The notes under the pieces are model-generated. The model searched no databases and was not told where the DNA came from. It worked only from the letters and a program-made list of their open reading frames with translations. Positions 28,770-39,907 of a stretch of 64,000 nucleotides of DNA are shown here, one piece after another. Numbering within the stretch: the stretch's first letter is position 1; every line of letters begins with the position of its first letter. The position numbers and the translations under genes are program-made. Where the stretch lies: sequence record DRR723986_5772; one strand, written 5' to 3'.

Positions 28770-29252
28770 ATGTTAATCTCAGGTGTGATTAAGTTATTTG
28801 TAGGGATTTTAGGGACTTCGGTTTGCTTAATTATTCTGATAATCACCATTTTCAGCCGACATAAAAAAGGTAAGTTGAAAATTGCAGCATGGACCTTTTC
28901 CAGTACCATTGGGGTGATTTTACTAATAATAACTGTTGATTTATTCCTTTTCCCAATCAATCAAAAATCAGATCACTTAATTTTATCTGCATACCGAGAA
29001 GCTCCACTAGGTGGAATCTGGCTTGCGCTTTATGATGATCAAACATGGGAAATGGGTTATTCCTCTAGAGAAATTACATCCTCTGGAAATTATACAATCC
29101 GGCATGATACTTTGACCTTAAATGCGCAATCTGGTAAAACGATCTTGAAAGACATTTCAAAAACATCATTTATCATTGATTCAAAAAATCTAACAGAAAT
29201 TGAGTCTTCTGGGATTAGATCTTTAGAGATTGTATATAAAAAAAGTGATTGA
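28770..29252 (+). CDS. Hypothetical membrane protein
   Basis: Two N-terminal hydrophobic segments then a beta-rich soluble domain. Confidence 0.75.
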   Translation: MLISGVIKLFVGILGTSVCLIILIITIFSRHKKGKLKIAAWTFSSTIGVILLIITVDLFLFPINQKSDHLILSAYREAPLGGIWLALYDDQTWEMGYSSREITSSGNYTIRHDTLTLNAQSGKTILKDISKTSFIIDSKNLTEIESSGIRSLEIVYKKSD

Positions 29253-29499
29253 GATTTCAATTCACCTCCTCTAGGTATAGTTTTCGCGATAATTCTCGAA
29301 GACTACACCTTTTAATTTTTTCTGAAATTTTATACGTGGACACTGAATGTTCAACCTTTTTATCTGAAGTTTTATTCCCAGAACATGAGTCCTCGCTCTG
29401 CCCGCAAAACCACCTAGCCCATTTCCTAGGCTCCTTCTTTTCAAAATCATTTATATTAGGAAAATAGTTTGCTTGATCGGGCAATGTTTTGAACAACTC

Positions 29500-30285
29500 A
29501 TGAATTTTAACAAAGAGAATATTGCGCGTTTTGGTATTGCCACCAAGGGTTTTGTGTACACGCTAATGGGCGTGCTCACCTTTATGGCAGCTATAGGTTC
29601 CGGGGGTACAAAATCGGGTACTAGTGATGCGCTAAAGTTTTTACAAAACAATACCGTTGGCACCATTTTACTCGGAATCACGGCCATTGGATTAGTGGCT
29701 TACGTATTTTGGCGTTTTTATCAAGCTATCAAGGATCCGGATAAGGAAGGAACTGATTTGAAAGGAATAGGAAATAGGTTAGGGTTCTTTTCCAGTGGTG
29801 TTTTTTACGGCCTTTTAGCCTTTTCAGCTTTTGAGATTCTAATCGGATCAGGAAGTGGATCGGGAGACGGGCAAGAATCTTTAATCACAAGTGCCTTAAC
29901 TAAGCCGTCCGGCCAGATCATCGTGCTAATTATTGCTACCATCATCCTAGGGAGAGCAATTTTTCAAATGGTCATTGCCTACACCAATTTGTATAAAAAG
30001 AGAATGAAAGCTCAAAATTTGGGTCCTAAAACAGAAAAATTAATGATTACCCTTGGAAAAATTGGCCATACCTCAAGGGGAATAGTCATTGGAGTGGTTG
30101 CATTTCTGACGTATAGAGCCGCCTTTTCCTACAGTACTGAGGAAGCAGGAGGCACCAAGGATGCGTTTAGCTTTCTGCAAGATGAATTCGGTACAATTGT
30201 ATTATCGTTAGTAGCCTTAGGCCTGGCTATGTATGGCATATTTTTGTTGATTAATGCCTGGTATCGTGACATGAAGAGGGTTTAA
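29500..30285 (+). CDS. DUF1206 family membrane protein
   Basis: Three repeats of the ARFG...KG.VY / RLG..SG.FY / G.IG..SRG.V type with TM pairs; ATG at 29500. Confidence 0.85.
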   Translation: MNFNKENIARFGIATKGFVYTLMGVLTFMAAIGSGGTKSGTSDALKFLQNNTVGTILLGITAIGLVAYVFWRFYQAIKDPDKEGTDLKGIGNRLGFFSSGVFYGLLAFSAFEILIGSGSGSGDGQESLITSALTKPSGQIIVLIIATIILGRAIFQMVIAYTNLYKKRMKAQNLGPKTEKLMITLGKIGHTSRGIVIGVVAFLTYRAAFSYSTEEAGGTKDAFSFLQDEFGTIVLSLVALGLAMYGIFLLINAWYRDMKRV

Positions 30286-30606
30286 TCTAAGCCTGGAAGG
30301 TGAAGTTTAAAAACGTATTTCCATCCTCCCATTTAAGTTTTCAATTCCTATTTTCAGGTTTCAAAAAGTTCTAAACTATAGAACAATTCCCTACAAACTT
30401 GAGCGAGTGGGATTCATATCTTCATCTTCATATGCGCGGCATTTATTGCTTGAGGCAGAGAGAAAAAGGCTTCTATTACATCAAAAAACCAAGAATCCGA
30501 CATTCTAGACTCAAGCTACCCAATCCAAAAAAACGTACAGTATAAGGATAAAATAAATTTTGTTTCTTTTCTTAATGGCCAGAAAAGGAAAACCTGTATT
30601 AGTTCT

Positions 30607-31767
30607 ATGCTTAAAAATTTACTCGCACTGATCATCTTTTTACTCGGAATTCACGAAGTAAAATCACAAGAAAACGAACTCATCCAAATTGGCAGCAAAC
30701 ATACCCTTTACTCCAAAATTTTGGAGGAAGAACGTGCTTTTTGGATCAGCCTTCCCGAATCATATAGCCAAGAAGAATCGTCTTATAAAACATACCCCTT
30801 GCTGATTGTATTGGATGGGAACTCCTTTTTTCATTCCATTAGCAGTACGGTAAATTACATGGGCAGAATTGGAAGGATTCCAGAGATGATTGTCATCGGC
30901 ATTCAAAATGTGAGTAGAACTCGGGATTTCACCCCTGATAAGATTGTAACTACCCGGGAAAATGATTTTGGAGGCGGGGATAATTTTCTGGATTTTCTGG
31001 AGAAAGAGCTTATCCCAAATATTGATCAAGAATACCGAACAGCCCCCTATAGAATTCTATTTGGACATTCATTGGGCGGCTTACTCGCTACCCATGCTTA
31101 CATGAAGGAAACTACAATTTTCAATTCATTTCTTGCCATAGATCCAAGTTTTGGCTCTTGGGATGCTGCTACGATGGATAAAAAATTAGAAGCAGTTACT
31201 ACCAATTCTTTTAATAGATATCTCTACCTCGCCACAGCAAATTGGGGAAAGAGAAATATCAGAAATCGGGACAGACATGTGCGTCTGTTTGAATCACTGA
31301 ACAGTAAAGTTGAGGGAGAATTTGCGGCTAGCATGGAATATTTCGAAAATGAAGATCATAGCTCAGTGCCCATCCCTGCTTTTCACCATGGAATATCGAG
31401 CATTTTTGAAGGCTATGGCATTTCTTATAGAGATGTGGACAGTTTGGATCAACTCACCGAGCATTTTGAGAAAATTTCCCATAGACTTTCCTGGACATTT
31501 AGCCCTCCTGAAAACCTCGTAAACAGAATAGGGTACAGCAGACTTCAAAGCAGAGACGAAATAGAGAAATCCAAGAGCCTAGAATTCTTCATATTAAACA
31601 CTGAAAATTATCCAGAATCATTTAATGCATTTGATAGCTTAGGAGAAGCTTATGAAGTGGTAGGGAATATAGAAAAAGCGATCACAAACTATGAAACGTC
31701 GCTTCGCTTAAATCCAGCTAACGAACACGCCAGAACTAGGATAGAAAGCTTAAAAAAGAACCAATAA
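30607..31767 (+). CDS. Alpha/beta hydrolase (putative esterase) with C-terminal TPR
   Basis: Signal peptide, YP...VLDG, RTRDFTP, nucleophile GHSLGG, EDHSS, and TPR NAFDSLGEAY...AI..YE.SL.LNP. Confidence 0.9.
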   Translation: MLKNLLALIIFLLGIHEVKSQENELIQIGSKHTLYSKILEEERAFWISLPESYSQEESSYKTYPLLIVLDGNSFFHSISSTVNYMGRIGRIPEMIVIGIQNVSRTRDFTPDKIVTTRENDFGGGDNFLDFLEKELIPNIDQEYRTAPYRILFGHSLGGLLATHAYMKETTIFNSFLAIDPSFGSWDAATMDKKLEAVTTNSFNRYLYLATANWGKRNIRNRDRHVRLFESLNSKVEGEFAASMEYFENEDHSSVPIPAFHHGISSIFEGYGISYRDVDSLDQLTEHFEKISHRLSWTFSPPENLVNRIGYSRLQSRDEIEKSKSLEFFILNTENYPESFNAFDSLGEAYEVVGNIEKAITNYETSLRLNPANEHARTRIESLKKNQ

Positions 31768-31894
31768 ATTCTATTGAGGGCACGAAACACCTACTATGAT
31801 CCGGAATCTTCCATTTAAGTAAAATAAGCTATACTTCACCATTTTTAACAACTAAAAGTTCTCTCTTTTAGAAATGTGAGCGTTAATTTTACCT

Positions 31895-33529
31895 ATGATT
31901 AAAAGCAAGATTCAAATTTTGGCAGGACTAGGTATTGGCCTGCTAGTGATGGGATGTAATACTTCATTAGTACTGACAGCCCCTCCTATCAATTACACAA
32001 ATACTAGCCCAAAAGTAGCTGAACTCTCAGACCAGCAATCCAGACATTGGGGACATCTCGATCTACAAAAAGACACCATTCCGGGAATGAGTGTGGACCG
32101 TGCCTACGCCGAACTTCTGAAAAAGAAAAAAGGCGAGGAAGTTATCGTGGCGGTGATTGATTCGGGCATTGACCTAGATCATGAGGACATCAAAGATGTG
32201 CTTTGGACCAATACTGGCGAGAAACCTGGTGATGGCATTGACAATGACGGAAATGGCTACATCGATGATATCCATGGGTACAACTTTCTTGGGGAATCCT
32301 ACAACGAGCAAATGGAAATGGCAAGAATCCTTCGCCTTAAAATCGGTGACGAAGCCTATCAAGAAGCCGCCAGACAAAAACTGAATGAAAAGCTTCCTGA
32401 AGCTCAAGCCGCACTTCCTCAACTCAAGCAGATCGAAGCTATGGTGACCATGGCAGATAAAAATATCAAAGAAGCTTTAGGAAAAGAGAAGTATACACTT
32501 GCTGATTTGGAAGCCTACAAACCCAAAAATACGCAAGAGGAAAGAACTGTAGGCATGCTGATGCAGGTAATGTCCATGGGCGAAGAAATTCCAGCTGCAA
32601 TCAAGGAACTTCAAGACGGGCTCAAGTATTATGAGGCTCAGGTAAATTATAATCTGAATGTAGATTTCAATGGAAGAACTCCCGTGGGCGATGATCCCTA
32701 CGACTATTCCGATCAGGACTATGGCGATGGAAACCCAGATTCCAGGTATGCAGATGAAAGTCATGGTTCGCATGTAGCGGGAATCATCGCGGCCACCCGA
32801 AACAATAAAAAAGGAGTGGATGGTGTCGCAAGCAATGTGAAAATCATGTCGATCAGAGCTGTTCCAAATGGCGATGAATACGACAAAGATATTGCTCTCG
32901 CGATTCGCTATGCGGCTGACAATGGCGCTAAGATAATCAATGCCAGCTTCGGGAAAGGGTTTTCTCCCAATTCTGAATGGGTGTATGAAGCCTTAACTTA
33001 TGCAGCTTCCAAGGATGTACTCTTTGTACATGCAGCAGGAAATGACGCGCTTGATTTGGATGATCCTAAAAACACTAACTATCCTAATGACCATCCGGAT
33101 GGAGATGAGGCTAATTTTGCAAACAATTACCTTACTGTAGGTGCTTTGACACAATATTTTGGAGCGGATATGATCGCTGTCTTCTCTAATTATGGGAAAG
33201 AGTATGTCGATATCTTTGCACCAGGAGATGCAATATATTCTTCTATGCCGAATGATTCTTACGAATTTCAAGGGGGTACTTCCATGGCTGCTCCCGCAGT
33301 ATCGGGCCTTGCAGCGATGATTCGATCCTATTTCCCTACGCTAACAGCAGTGCAAGTGAAGAAAGTGATCTTGGAATCAGGTATTTCACCTTCGGTCAAA
33401 GTTCATGTTGGCGGAACAGAAGGGGTAGAAAAGTCCTTTTCAGAAATCTCTAAATCCGGCAAAATCGCCAACCTATACAATGCCTTGATCCTGGCTAGCC
33501 AAGTTGTAAACGGAACGGTAAGCTTGTAA
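31895..33529 (+). CDS. S8 (subtilisin-like) serine peptidase, probable lipoprotein
   Basis: Catalytic motifs VAVIDSG, HGSHVAG, GTSMAAP; lipobox-like LVMGC. Confidence 0.95.
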   Translation: MIKSKIQILAGLGIGLLVMGCNTSLVLTAPPINYTNTSPKVAELSDQQSRHWGHLDLQKDTIPGMSVDRAYAELLKKKKGEEVIVAVIDSGIDLDHEDIKDVLWTNTGEKPGDGIDNDGNGYIDDIHGYNFLGESYNEQMEMARILRLKIGDEAYQEAARQKLNEKLPEAQAALPQLKQIEAMVTMADKNIKEALGKEKYTLADLEAYKPKNTQEERTVGMLMQVMSMGEEIPAAIKELQDGLKYYEAQVNYNLNVDFNGRTPVGDDPYDYSDQDYGDGNPDSRYADESHGSHVAGIIAATRNNKKGVDGVASNVKIMSIRAVPNGDEYDKDIALAIRYAADNGAKIINASFGKGFSPNSEWVYEALTYAASKDVLFVHAAGNDALDLDDPKNTNYPNDHPDGDEANFANNYLTVGALTQYFGADMIAVFSNYGKEYVDIFAPGDAIYSSMPNDSYEFQGGTSMAAPAVSGLAAMIRSYFPTLTAVQVKKVILESGISPSVKVHVGGTEGVEKSFSEISKSGKIANLYNALILASQVVNGTVSL

Positions 33530-33551
33530 AAGCTTACCCTAAACTTAAAAA

Positions 33552-33585
33552 AAAGCCCAAACCTGAATTTTCAAGTTTGGGCTTT
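33552..33585. terminator. Probable bidirectional intrinsic terminator between convergent genes
   Basis: AAAGCCCAAAC...GTTTGGGCTTT inverted repeat flanked by A and T tracts. Confidence 0.8.
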
Positions 33586-33621
33586 AACATCTAACACCGG
33601 ACATCCGGCACCTTACATTTT

Positions 33622-34059
33622 TTAACTACACGCTATCTTACTCACTCGATTCTGATGTCTTCCACCTTCGAAGTCTGTTGTAAGGAACGTCTCAGCTAGC
33701 TTTTCAGCCAATTCATAAGAAATAAATCGGGCAGGAAGAGCAATCACATTCGCATTGTTATGCTGACGGGAAAGTGCAGCCAATTCCTCATTCCAGCAAA
33801 GTGCAGCACGAATACCTTGGTGTTTGTTGGCTGTAATCGCAACACCGTTTCCAGACCCACAGATCACTATTCCCAAGTCGAACTCACCTGCTTCAATCGC
33901 AGAACTCAAGGGATGCACGTAATCCGGATAATCTACTGAAGCATCTGAGAAAGGACCAAAATCCTTTACTTCATAGCCCAGTGATTCCAGTTTACTGACC
34001 ATTTTCGCTTTGTATTCAAAGCCTGCGTGGTCTCCTCCTATTGCTATTTTCTTTGCCAT
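33622..34059 (-). CDS. rpiB: Ribose-5-phosphate isomerase B
   Basis: DHAG, DYPD, CGSGNG, HNNAN, FEGGRH..R. Confidence 0.96.
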   Translation of the reverse strand: MAKKIAIGGDHAGFEYKAKMVSKLESLGYEVKDFGPFSDASVDYPDYVHPLSSAIEAGEFDLGIVICGSGNGVAITANKHQGIRAALCWNEELAALSRQHNNANVIALPARFISYELAEKLAETFLTTDFEGGRHQNRVSKIACS

Positions 34060-34250
34060 AATTAATTTTAGATATAAGACGTGAGACAGAAGACTTTAGA
34101 AAGGCCTTCCATCTTATCTTTAAATTCTATGTTCTAATCTATAACTCTTTTATCCTAAGGATTCGATCCCGACATCTTGACTCTAGATTCTAAAATCTTG
34201 CATCTTAATACTTAAGTCTAGCTACTTGATACTAATGTCTAGCGTCTGGA

Positions 34251-35105
34251 TTAAAGAGCATCATCTATTTCTTCCTCCACTTTTTTCTTAGCTCTTTTCT
34301 TTTCCAGTCTTTTCGCGATCTGGATACCAGCTTCATATAGAACTAGTATCGGCATGGCAATCAGAATCTGGCTAATCACATCCGGCGGAGTGATAATTGC
34401 TGATAATACAAGAATAACGACGATCGCATGCCTTCTATAAGATCTCAGCATCCCTGAAGTCACCAAGCCAGACATGGCCAAGAAATATACCACCACAGGA
34501 AGCTGAAACATGATGGCCGAAGCCAATACCAGCATAGTCAATGTGGAGATATAGGAAGTGATATCAAATTCATTCAGAATGGAAGGATCCAACTGATAGT
34601 TTGAAAGGAAATTGATCGAAAGCGGCGAAAGGATAAAGTAACCGAATCCTGCACCCATGAAGAACAATAAACTCACAAAGAAGACAGCTCCTCTGGCGGC
34701 ATTTTTCTCCTGATCATACAATCCCGGACTGATAAATCTCCATACTTCCCAGAATACAAACGGAAAAGAAGCAATGAATCCCACCACAAAACTCGAAGTC
34801 ATGTGCATGGTAAACTGACCTGTCATCTGCCTACTCTGGATTGTAAACGGCAATTCGTCTATGCAGAGTGCAGGCAATCCAACGTAATCACTGAGTTCAC
34901 AAAGCCATCTATAGGTGACAAAGTCTACCTTGGAAGGACCAAGGATTACAACTCCGAAAACAAAGCTTTTGGCCAGAAAGGCCGCAACAGACAAAATTAG
35001 AATCGCTGCTACAGAACGAAGCAGATGCCAGCGCAATGCTTCTAAATGGTCCAAAAAGGACATTCCTTCTTCTTCCTCTTCTTCTTGGTATTGATCTAAC
35101 GCCAC
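34251..35105 (-). CDS. tatC: Twin-arginine translocase subunit TatC
   Basis: MSFLDHLE.LR, W.FISPGL, FQLP, IITPPD..SQ, LYE. Confidence 0.96.
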   Translation of the reverse strand: MALDQYQEEEEEEGMSFLDHLEALRWHLLRSVAAILILSVAAFLAKSFVFGVVILGPSKVDFVTYRWLCELSDYVGLPALCIDELPFTIQSRQMTGQFTMHMTSSFVVGFIASFPFVFWEVWRFISPGLYDQEKNAARGAVFFVSLLFFMGAGFGYFILSPLSINFLSNYQLDPSILNEFDITSYISTLTMLVLASAIMFQLPVVVYFLAMSGLVTSGMLRSYRRHAIVVILVLSAIITPPDVISQILIAMPILVLYEAGIQIAKRLEKKRAKKKVEEEIDDAL

Positions 35106-35121
35106 GGGTGGTATCTAATGT

Positions 35122-36390
35122 CTAGTATAATGGAAACTGATTCATCCAAGCATTTACTTCGCTTCGGATGTTTGCCAATTCGGCTTCATTCTCATGATTT
35201 TGCAACGCTCTGTCGATCAAGTTGACAATTTTGACCATGTCATCTTCCTTCAACCCTCGGGTTGTAATCGCTGCAGTTCCTACTCTCATTCCGGAAGTAA
35301 CAAACGGAGATTTGGTATCAAATGGTACCATGTTTTTATTGATGGTAATATCCACTTTCCCAAGTGTCTGTTCAGCGATTTTACCAGTAAGATCCTTATT
35401 TCTAAGATCAATAAGCATCATGTGATTGTCCGTTCCTCCAGAGATAATTTGATATCCAAGACTTACGAACTGATCAGCCATTACGGATGCATTCTTTTTC
35501 ACCTGAAGTACATAATGCATGTACTCGTCAGATAGACATTCTTCGAAAGCAATGGCCTTTGCAGCAATAATATGCTCCAACGGGCCTCCTTGAGTTCCTG
35601 GGAACACGCCCATATCAAGCAAAGAAGACATCTTTTTGATTTCTCCTTTTGGAGTGGTCAATCCCCATGGATTGTCAAAATCCTCACGCATCATGATCAT
35701 ACCACCTCTTGGACCTCTAAGAGTCTTGTGGGTAGTTGTGGTCACGATATGGCAATGATCCAACGGATCATTTAAAAGTCCTTTTGCGATCAAGCCCGAT
35801 GGATGGGAGATATCGGCCAGAAGAATTGCTCCAACTTCGTCCGCAGTTTCTCTCAGTCGAGCATAATCCCAATCTCTGGAATAAGCAGAAGCACCACAGA
35901 TGATCACCTTTGGAGATACTTCCAATGCTTTCTCATGAAGCTTGTCGTAGTCGATTCTACCTGTCTCCTCTTCTACTCCATAGAAGTGCGGCTCATATAA
36001 TTTACCAGAAAAATTCACCGGAGAACCATGAGTTAGGTGACCTCCATGCGATAGGTCAAAGCCTAATATTGGATCCCCTGCATTCAAACATGCTAATAAA
36101 ACAGCGGCATTTGCCTGCGCACCTGAGTGTGGTTGTACATTGACCCAAGTGGCTCCGAAAAGCTCCTTTGCACGATCTATCGCCAATTGTTCGATCTTAT
36201 CCACAACTTCGCAGCCGCCATAGTAGCGTTTGCCCGGAAGACCTTCAGCATATTTGTTTGTCAGCACACTTCCCGCAGCTTCCATCACTTGTTTGCTGGT
36301 GAAGTTTTCGGAAGCAATCAGTTCGATGCCTCTCTTTTGTCTGTCCTCTTCTTCGTTGATTAGGTCGAAAACAAGCGAATCTCTTTTCAT
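35122..36390 (-). CDS. glyA: Serine hydroxymethyltransferase
   Basis: [39 protein letters not shown]. Start taken at MKRDS (36390). Confidence 0.97.
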   Translation of the reverse strand: MKRDSLVFDLINEEEDRQKRGIELIASENFTSKQVMEAAGSVLTNKYAEGLPGKRYYGGCEVVDKIEQLAIDRAKELFGATWVNVQPHSGAQANAAVLLACLNAGDPILGFDLSHGGHLTHGSPVNFSGKLYEPHFYGVEEETGRIDYDKLHEKALEVSPKVIICGASAYSRDWDYARLRETADEVGAILLADISHPSGLIAKGLLNDPLDHCHIVTTTTHKTLRGPRGGMIMMREDFDNPWGLTTPKGEIKKMSSLLDMGVFPGTQGGPLEHIIAAKAIAFEECLSDEYMHYVLQVKKNASVMADQFVSLGYQIISGGTDNHMMLIDLRNKDLTGKIAEQTLGKVDITINKNMVPFDTKSPFVTSGMRVGTAAITTRGLKEDDMVKIVNLIDRALQNHENEAELANIRSEVNAWMNQFPLY

Positions 36391-36526
36391 AATCAGGGGT
36401 TTGAAAGCAAATTTTAATGGAAAGGTAGCCAAAAAGGCCTACCTGCAAATGTGCCCAAAAATAGTCCGAAAGTCCCGATTATCCAATCCAAAAATAGGAT
36501 TGGGATTTCCAATTCTAAGGAATTGC

Positions 36527-36534
36527 TATTTTTG
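36527..36534 (+). promoter_or_regulatory. Bacteroidota sigma70 -7 box
   Basis: TATTTTTG (TAnnTTTG) 4 nt before ATG 36539. Confidence 0.5.
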
Positions 36535-36538
36535 GCTG

Positions 36539-36913
36539 ATGATTGATTTCAAATTTCAGCCTGAAAGCTACTTTACTGGAGAAAATACCTCTGTTTTATT
36601 GGTTAAATTGAACTACCCTGAGAGCCAATGGGGAGAACAAATCAGCATTTATGCACATTTTCTGGAGCTAAAGATCCAGTTTGAGGCGGTTGATTTCTAT
36701 GGAAATGACTACATGCTTTATCCATCATCAAGTTTTGAACCTTTGTCCATGGAAGACATGGTCTATCTAGTCGAAGGCATGCAGGTGAATACTGACGCGA
36801 TGGAGGGAAATATGGAATTGATCTTAGACGGAATTCCCGAAGTAGAAAGTGACTTCTACCCTGAATTGAGAAAGTATTTTGATGAAAAAAGAAAAAATTA
36901 CGGATTGGATTAA
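36539..36913 (+). CDS. Hypothetical protein (124 aa)
   Basis: Non-overlapping part of track ORF 36230..36913, starting MIDFKFQP after a -7 box. Confidence 0.75.
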   Translation: MIDFKFQPESYFTGENTSVLLVKLNYPESQWGEQISIYAHFLELKIQFEAVDFYGNDYMLYPSSSFEPLSMEDMVYLVEGMQVNTDAMEGNMELILDGIPEVESDFYPELRKYFDEKRKNYGLD

Positions 36914-37137
36914 AAATCCAACAAGGCTTGCTTTTGCTCTGAGACTTGTTGTGTGCGAAACCAATATTCGTAGGTTTCGAAATCCAGACATTCAGTAAAT
37001 TCGCTTCCTTGAAACATGATTTTCTTCAGGCAGCTAACTGGAAGCCATGATTTCAATTTTAACGCTTGCTCTTTAGATAGCTGTGAAAGTTGAATCCATT
37101 TTCCTCCATTGATAAAAATCGGTATAAGTTTAGTCAT
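36910..37137 (-). CDS. Hypothetical protein (75 aa)
   Basis: Start MTKLIPIF, preceded by TACTTTTG (-7 box, 37158-37165 on minus strand). Confidence 0.65.
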   Translation of the reverse strand: MTKLIPIFINGGKWIQLSQLSKEQALKLKSWLPVSCLKKIMFQGSEFTECLDFETYEYWFRTQQVSEQKQALLDF

Positions 37138-37241
37138 AGACTCTCGGTTATTTGCATCAAAAGTATGCTGATAATCAGCAAAGTACAATTTTAGCAAATT
37201 AATTTTATGTTAACAAAAAATACCATCCATCGAAAAACAGC

Positions 37242-38150
37242 ATGACAGGAGCTATTATTGCATTTTTATGTCTTCTTCTAGGTCTTTTCCTTCAGAAACA
37301 ACCTAGCCTTCCTCAAGAAAAAATCACGAAATGGGTCAATGCTTATCTTCTCAACATTGTCCTCCCCGCTCTTGCACTTTTATATATTCCCCAAATAAAT
37401 CCCGGCTGGAACCTACTCATTCCTATCTCCTCAGCCTGGTTCACATTCTTACTTTCCTGGCTGATATTTGGGACACTGGGAAAACTCTTAAAATGGGATA
37501 ACCAATTAACGGGTTGTCTAGTGATAGTGGCTGGCTTAGCCAACACCTCCTTCTTAGGGTTTCCTGTAGTGGAGGGACTGTATGGGAAAGAGGCCTTACC
37601 AATTGCACTCCTTATAGATCAGGGCGGATCCTTTTTGCTGGTTTCTTCCTTGTCGATTTTAGTAGGCTCGATTTATTCCCACAAAGAAGGTAATCTAAGC
37701 GAAATCCCGCTGAAAATTATCAAATTCCCACCATTCGGTTTCCTTTTACTCACCATAGTGATGAGCATACTAGGCTGGAAGACTCCAGAATTCCTTATAC
37801 CCATCGTTTCCTTCATAGGCAAAACAATGGCTCCAATGGCTATTTTTGCTATCGGACTCAAGTTCTCCCTAGACTTTGATTCTCTGAGTTCCAAATATTA
37901 TTGGTTTGGAATGGGCTATAGGCTTTTGCTGGCTCCTTTAATTGTTTGGCTGGTATACCGAAATATTCTTTCAGAAAACAGCCTTGAACTGAAAGTCACG
38001 GTATTGGAAAGTGGCATGGCTCCCATGATCACAGGCTCTATTGTAGCCATTCAATATGACCTCAAGCCAAAATTGGCCACACTTCTAGCTGGATTGGGAA
38101 TCCCAATCTCTCTGGTTACAATTATGGTTTGGTATTATTTCCTTAGCTGA
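37242..38150 (+). CDS. AEC (auxin efflux carrier) family transporter
   Basis: LPAL, NTSFLGFP, FPPF, E.GMAPM; about 10 TM segments. Confidence 0.9.
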   Translation: MTGAIIAFLCLLLGLFLQKQPSLPQEKITKWVNAYLLNIVLPALALLYIPQINPGWNLLIPISSAWFTFLLSWLIFGTLGKLLKWDNQLTGCLVIVAGLANTSFLGFPVVEGLYGKEALPIALLIDQGGSFLLVSSLSILVGSIYSHKEGNLSEIPLKIIKFPPFGFLLLTIVMSILGWKTPEFLIPIVSFIGKTMAPMAIFAIGLKFSLDFDSLSSKYYWFGMGYRLLLAPLIVWLVYRNILSENSLELKVTVLESGMAPMITGSIVAIQYDLKPKLATLLAGLGIPISLVTIMVWYYFLS

Positions 38151-38954
38151 TTAGCTCCAAGCAGTCTTCAAATTGGCTAAAATCTCCTCATGGATTTTTT
38201 CATTCGTAGACAAAATCTCTCTTCCAAACACAAAATTCCTTCCTCCGGAGAAATCAGTTACTTTTCCACCTGCTTCTTCCACGATCAAAGTCCCCGCAGC
38301 GACATCATAGGAATTCAGATTATACTCAAAAAATCCTTCCACTCGCCCAGCAGCGACATAACAAAGATCTACCGCCGCACTTCCAAATCTACGAGCACCA
38401 TGGGAAGACTTCATGATTGATTTCAATGCCGCAAGGTATTTATCGATCAAATCGAAATTACTGTAGGGAAATCCAGTAGCTATCAGCGATTCGGAAAGCG
38501 TCTTGGCTCCGCTTACTTTAATCCGGGTATCATTGCAGAATGCTCCCCCACCCTTCATAGCATAGAAGCACTCGTGAAGATTAACTTCATAGACTACTCC
38601 TAAAACCACCTCGTTCCGCTCCATCAATGCAATACTTACAGAATAAATAGGTACGCCATGAATGAAATTAGTGGTGCCGTCAAGCGGATCTATCACCCAG
38701 TTGAATTCTTCTGCTTGCGTGGTATTGGTTCCTTCTTCAGTTATAAAACCTGCCTCAGGAAAAATTTGAGAAAGCTTATTCACAATGATTTTTTCTGCTT
38801 CCTTATCTACATAGGAAACAAGGTCATTGACGCCTTTGTGCTCCACGCGTTCTGGATTGAAATGGCGTCTTTCCTTACGGATAAAAGCGCCGGCTTCTTT
38901 GGCTACTTCCTGGGTTTTCTCAAGAAGCAGAGTTAGTTTTTCTGTTGAAATCAT
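38151..38954 (-). CDS. suhB: Inositol monophosphatase family protein
   Basis: DLVS.VD, EE, WVIDPLDGTTNF, R.FGSAA.DL, YDVAAG. Confidence 0.9.
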   Translation of the reverse strand: MISTEKLTLLLEKTQEVAKEAGAFIRKERRHFNPERVEHKGVNDLVSYVDKEAEKIIVNKLSQIFPEAGFITEEGTNTTQAEEFNWVIDPLDGTTNFIHGVPIYSVSIALMERNEVVLGVVYEVNLHECFYAMKGGGAFCNDTRIKVSGAKTLSESLIATGFPYSNFDLIDKYLAALKSIMKSSHGARRFGSAAVDLCYVAAGRVEGFFEYNLNSYDVAAGTLIVEEAGGKVTDFSGGRNFVFGREILSTNEKIHEEILANLKTAWS

Positions 38955-38972
38955 AAAAGTTGATTTTCTAAA

Positions 38973-39665
38973 TCAGGATTTGGGATTCTTACCTGCCACT
39001 GTAAGGACGATTTCGCCTTTCAAGGTGTTGGTCTCATAATATTCAATTAACTCGGCTAAGGTGCCTCTAACATTCTCCTCATGCAGCTTAGTGAGCTCAC
39101 GGGATACGCAAGCCTGCCTCTCGGCCCCAAAAGCCTCAGCAAGCTGCCCTAGCGTTTTAAGGAGGCGATGGGGGGACTCATAAAAGATGATGGTTCTCAC
39201 TTCTTCGATTAGTCCATCAATTCTGGTTTTTCGCCCTTTTTTGTGAGGCAAAAATCCTTCGAATACAAAACGGTCATTTGGCAATCCACTATTTACCAAA
39301 GCCGGTACGAATGCTGTAGCACCAGGAAGGCACTGCACATCCAACCCTGCAGCAAGAACTTCTCTGACTAAGAGAAATCCTGGATCCGAAATAGCAGGAG
39401 TTCCGGCATCACTAATCAATGCGAAGACCTCACCGCGATTCATGCGTTCTACGAGCTTCTCGACAGTCTTGTGTTCGTTGAAAATATGGTAGCTCTGAAG
39501 TGGACGTGAGATCTCCAGATGCTTTAGCAATTGGCCGCTGGTACGTGTATCCTCTGCCAGGATCACATCGGCCGTTTTCAATACCTCAATTGCCCGAAGG
39601 GTGATATCTTTCAGGTTACCAATTGGCGTAGGTACTAAATATAGGTTTGGGGAATTTTCACTCAT
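38973..39665 (-). CDS. rsmI: 16S rRNA (cytidine1402-2'-O)-methyltransferase
   Basis: [44 protein letters not shown]. Confidence 0.97.
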   Translation of the reverse strand: MSENSPNLYLVPTPIGNLKDITLRAIEVLKTADVILAEDTRTSGQLLKHLEISRPLQSYHIFNEHKTVEKLVERMNRGEVFALISDAGTPAISDPGFLLVREVLAAGLDVQCLPGATAFVPALVNSGLPNDRFVFEGFLPHKKGRKTRIDGLIEEVRTIIFYESPHRLLKTLGQLAEAFGAERQACVSRELTKLHEENVRGTLAELIEYYETNTLKGEIVLTVAGKNPKS

Positions 39666-39895
39666 GCATTTAGCCCATCTATGGCTTTTGCCAGATCATG
39701 ATCCTTTTTTGTCACTTTATTTCCTGAGTCGTGCGTAGTCAGTTCGATTTCGACGGTATTGTAAACATTGCTCCAATTAGGATGATGCTGCGAAGCCTCC
39801 GCCAAAAATGCTACGCGGGTCATAAAGCCAAAAGCTTCCTGGAAATCTTTGAATTTGAATGTTTTTTTAAGCTTGTTATCTTCTTCTTTCCACAT
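39662..39895 (-). CDS. Pterin-4-alpha-carbinolamine dehydratase
   Basis: F.FKDF.EAF.FM, HHP.WSNVYN.V.I.LTTHD. Confidence 0.93.
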   Translation of the reverse strand: MWKEEDNKLKKTFKFKDFQEAFGFMTRVAFLAEASQHHPNWSNVYNTVEIELTTHDSGNKVTKKDHDLAKAIDGLNA

Positions 39896-39907
39896 AATCG
39901 AATGAGT

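Noticed and set aside
29249-29496. Short overlapping ORFs on both strands between the hypothetical gene and DUF1206
   Set aside because: No motif or clear start; cannot be supported as genes.
36230-36538. N-terminal extension of the 227-aa ORF (and the glyA start at 36432)
   Set aside because: It overlaps glyA antisense; better ATG starts exist at 36539 and 36390.
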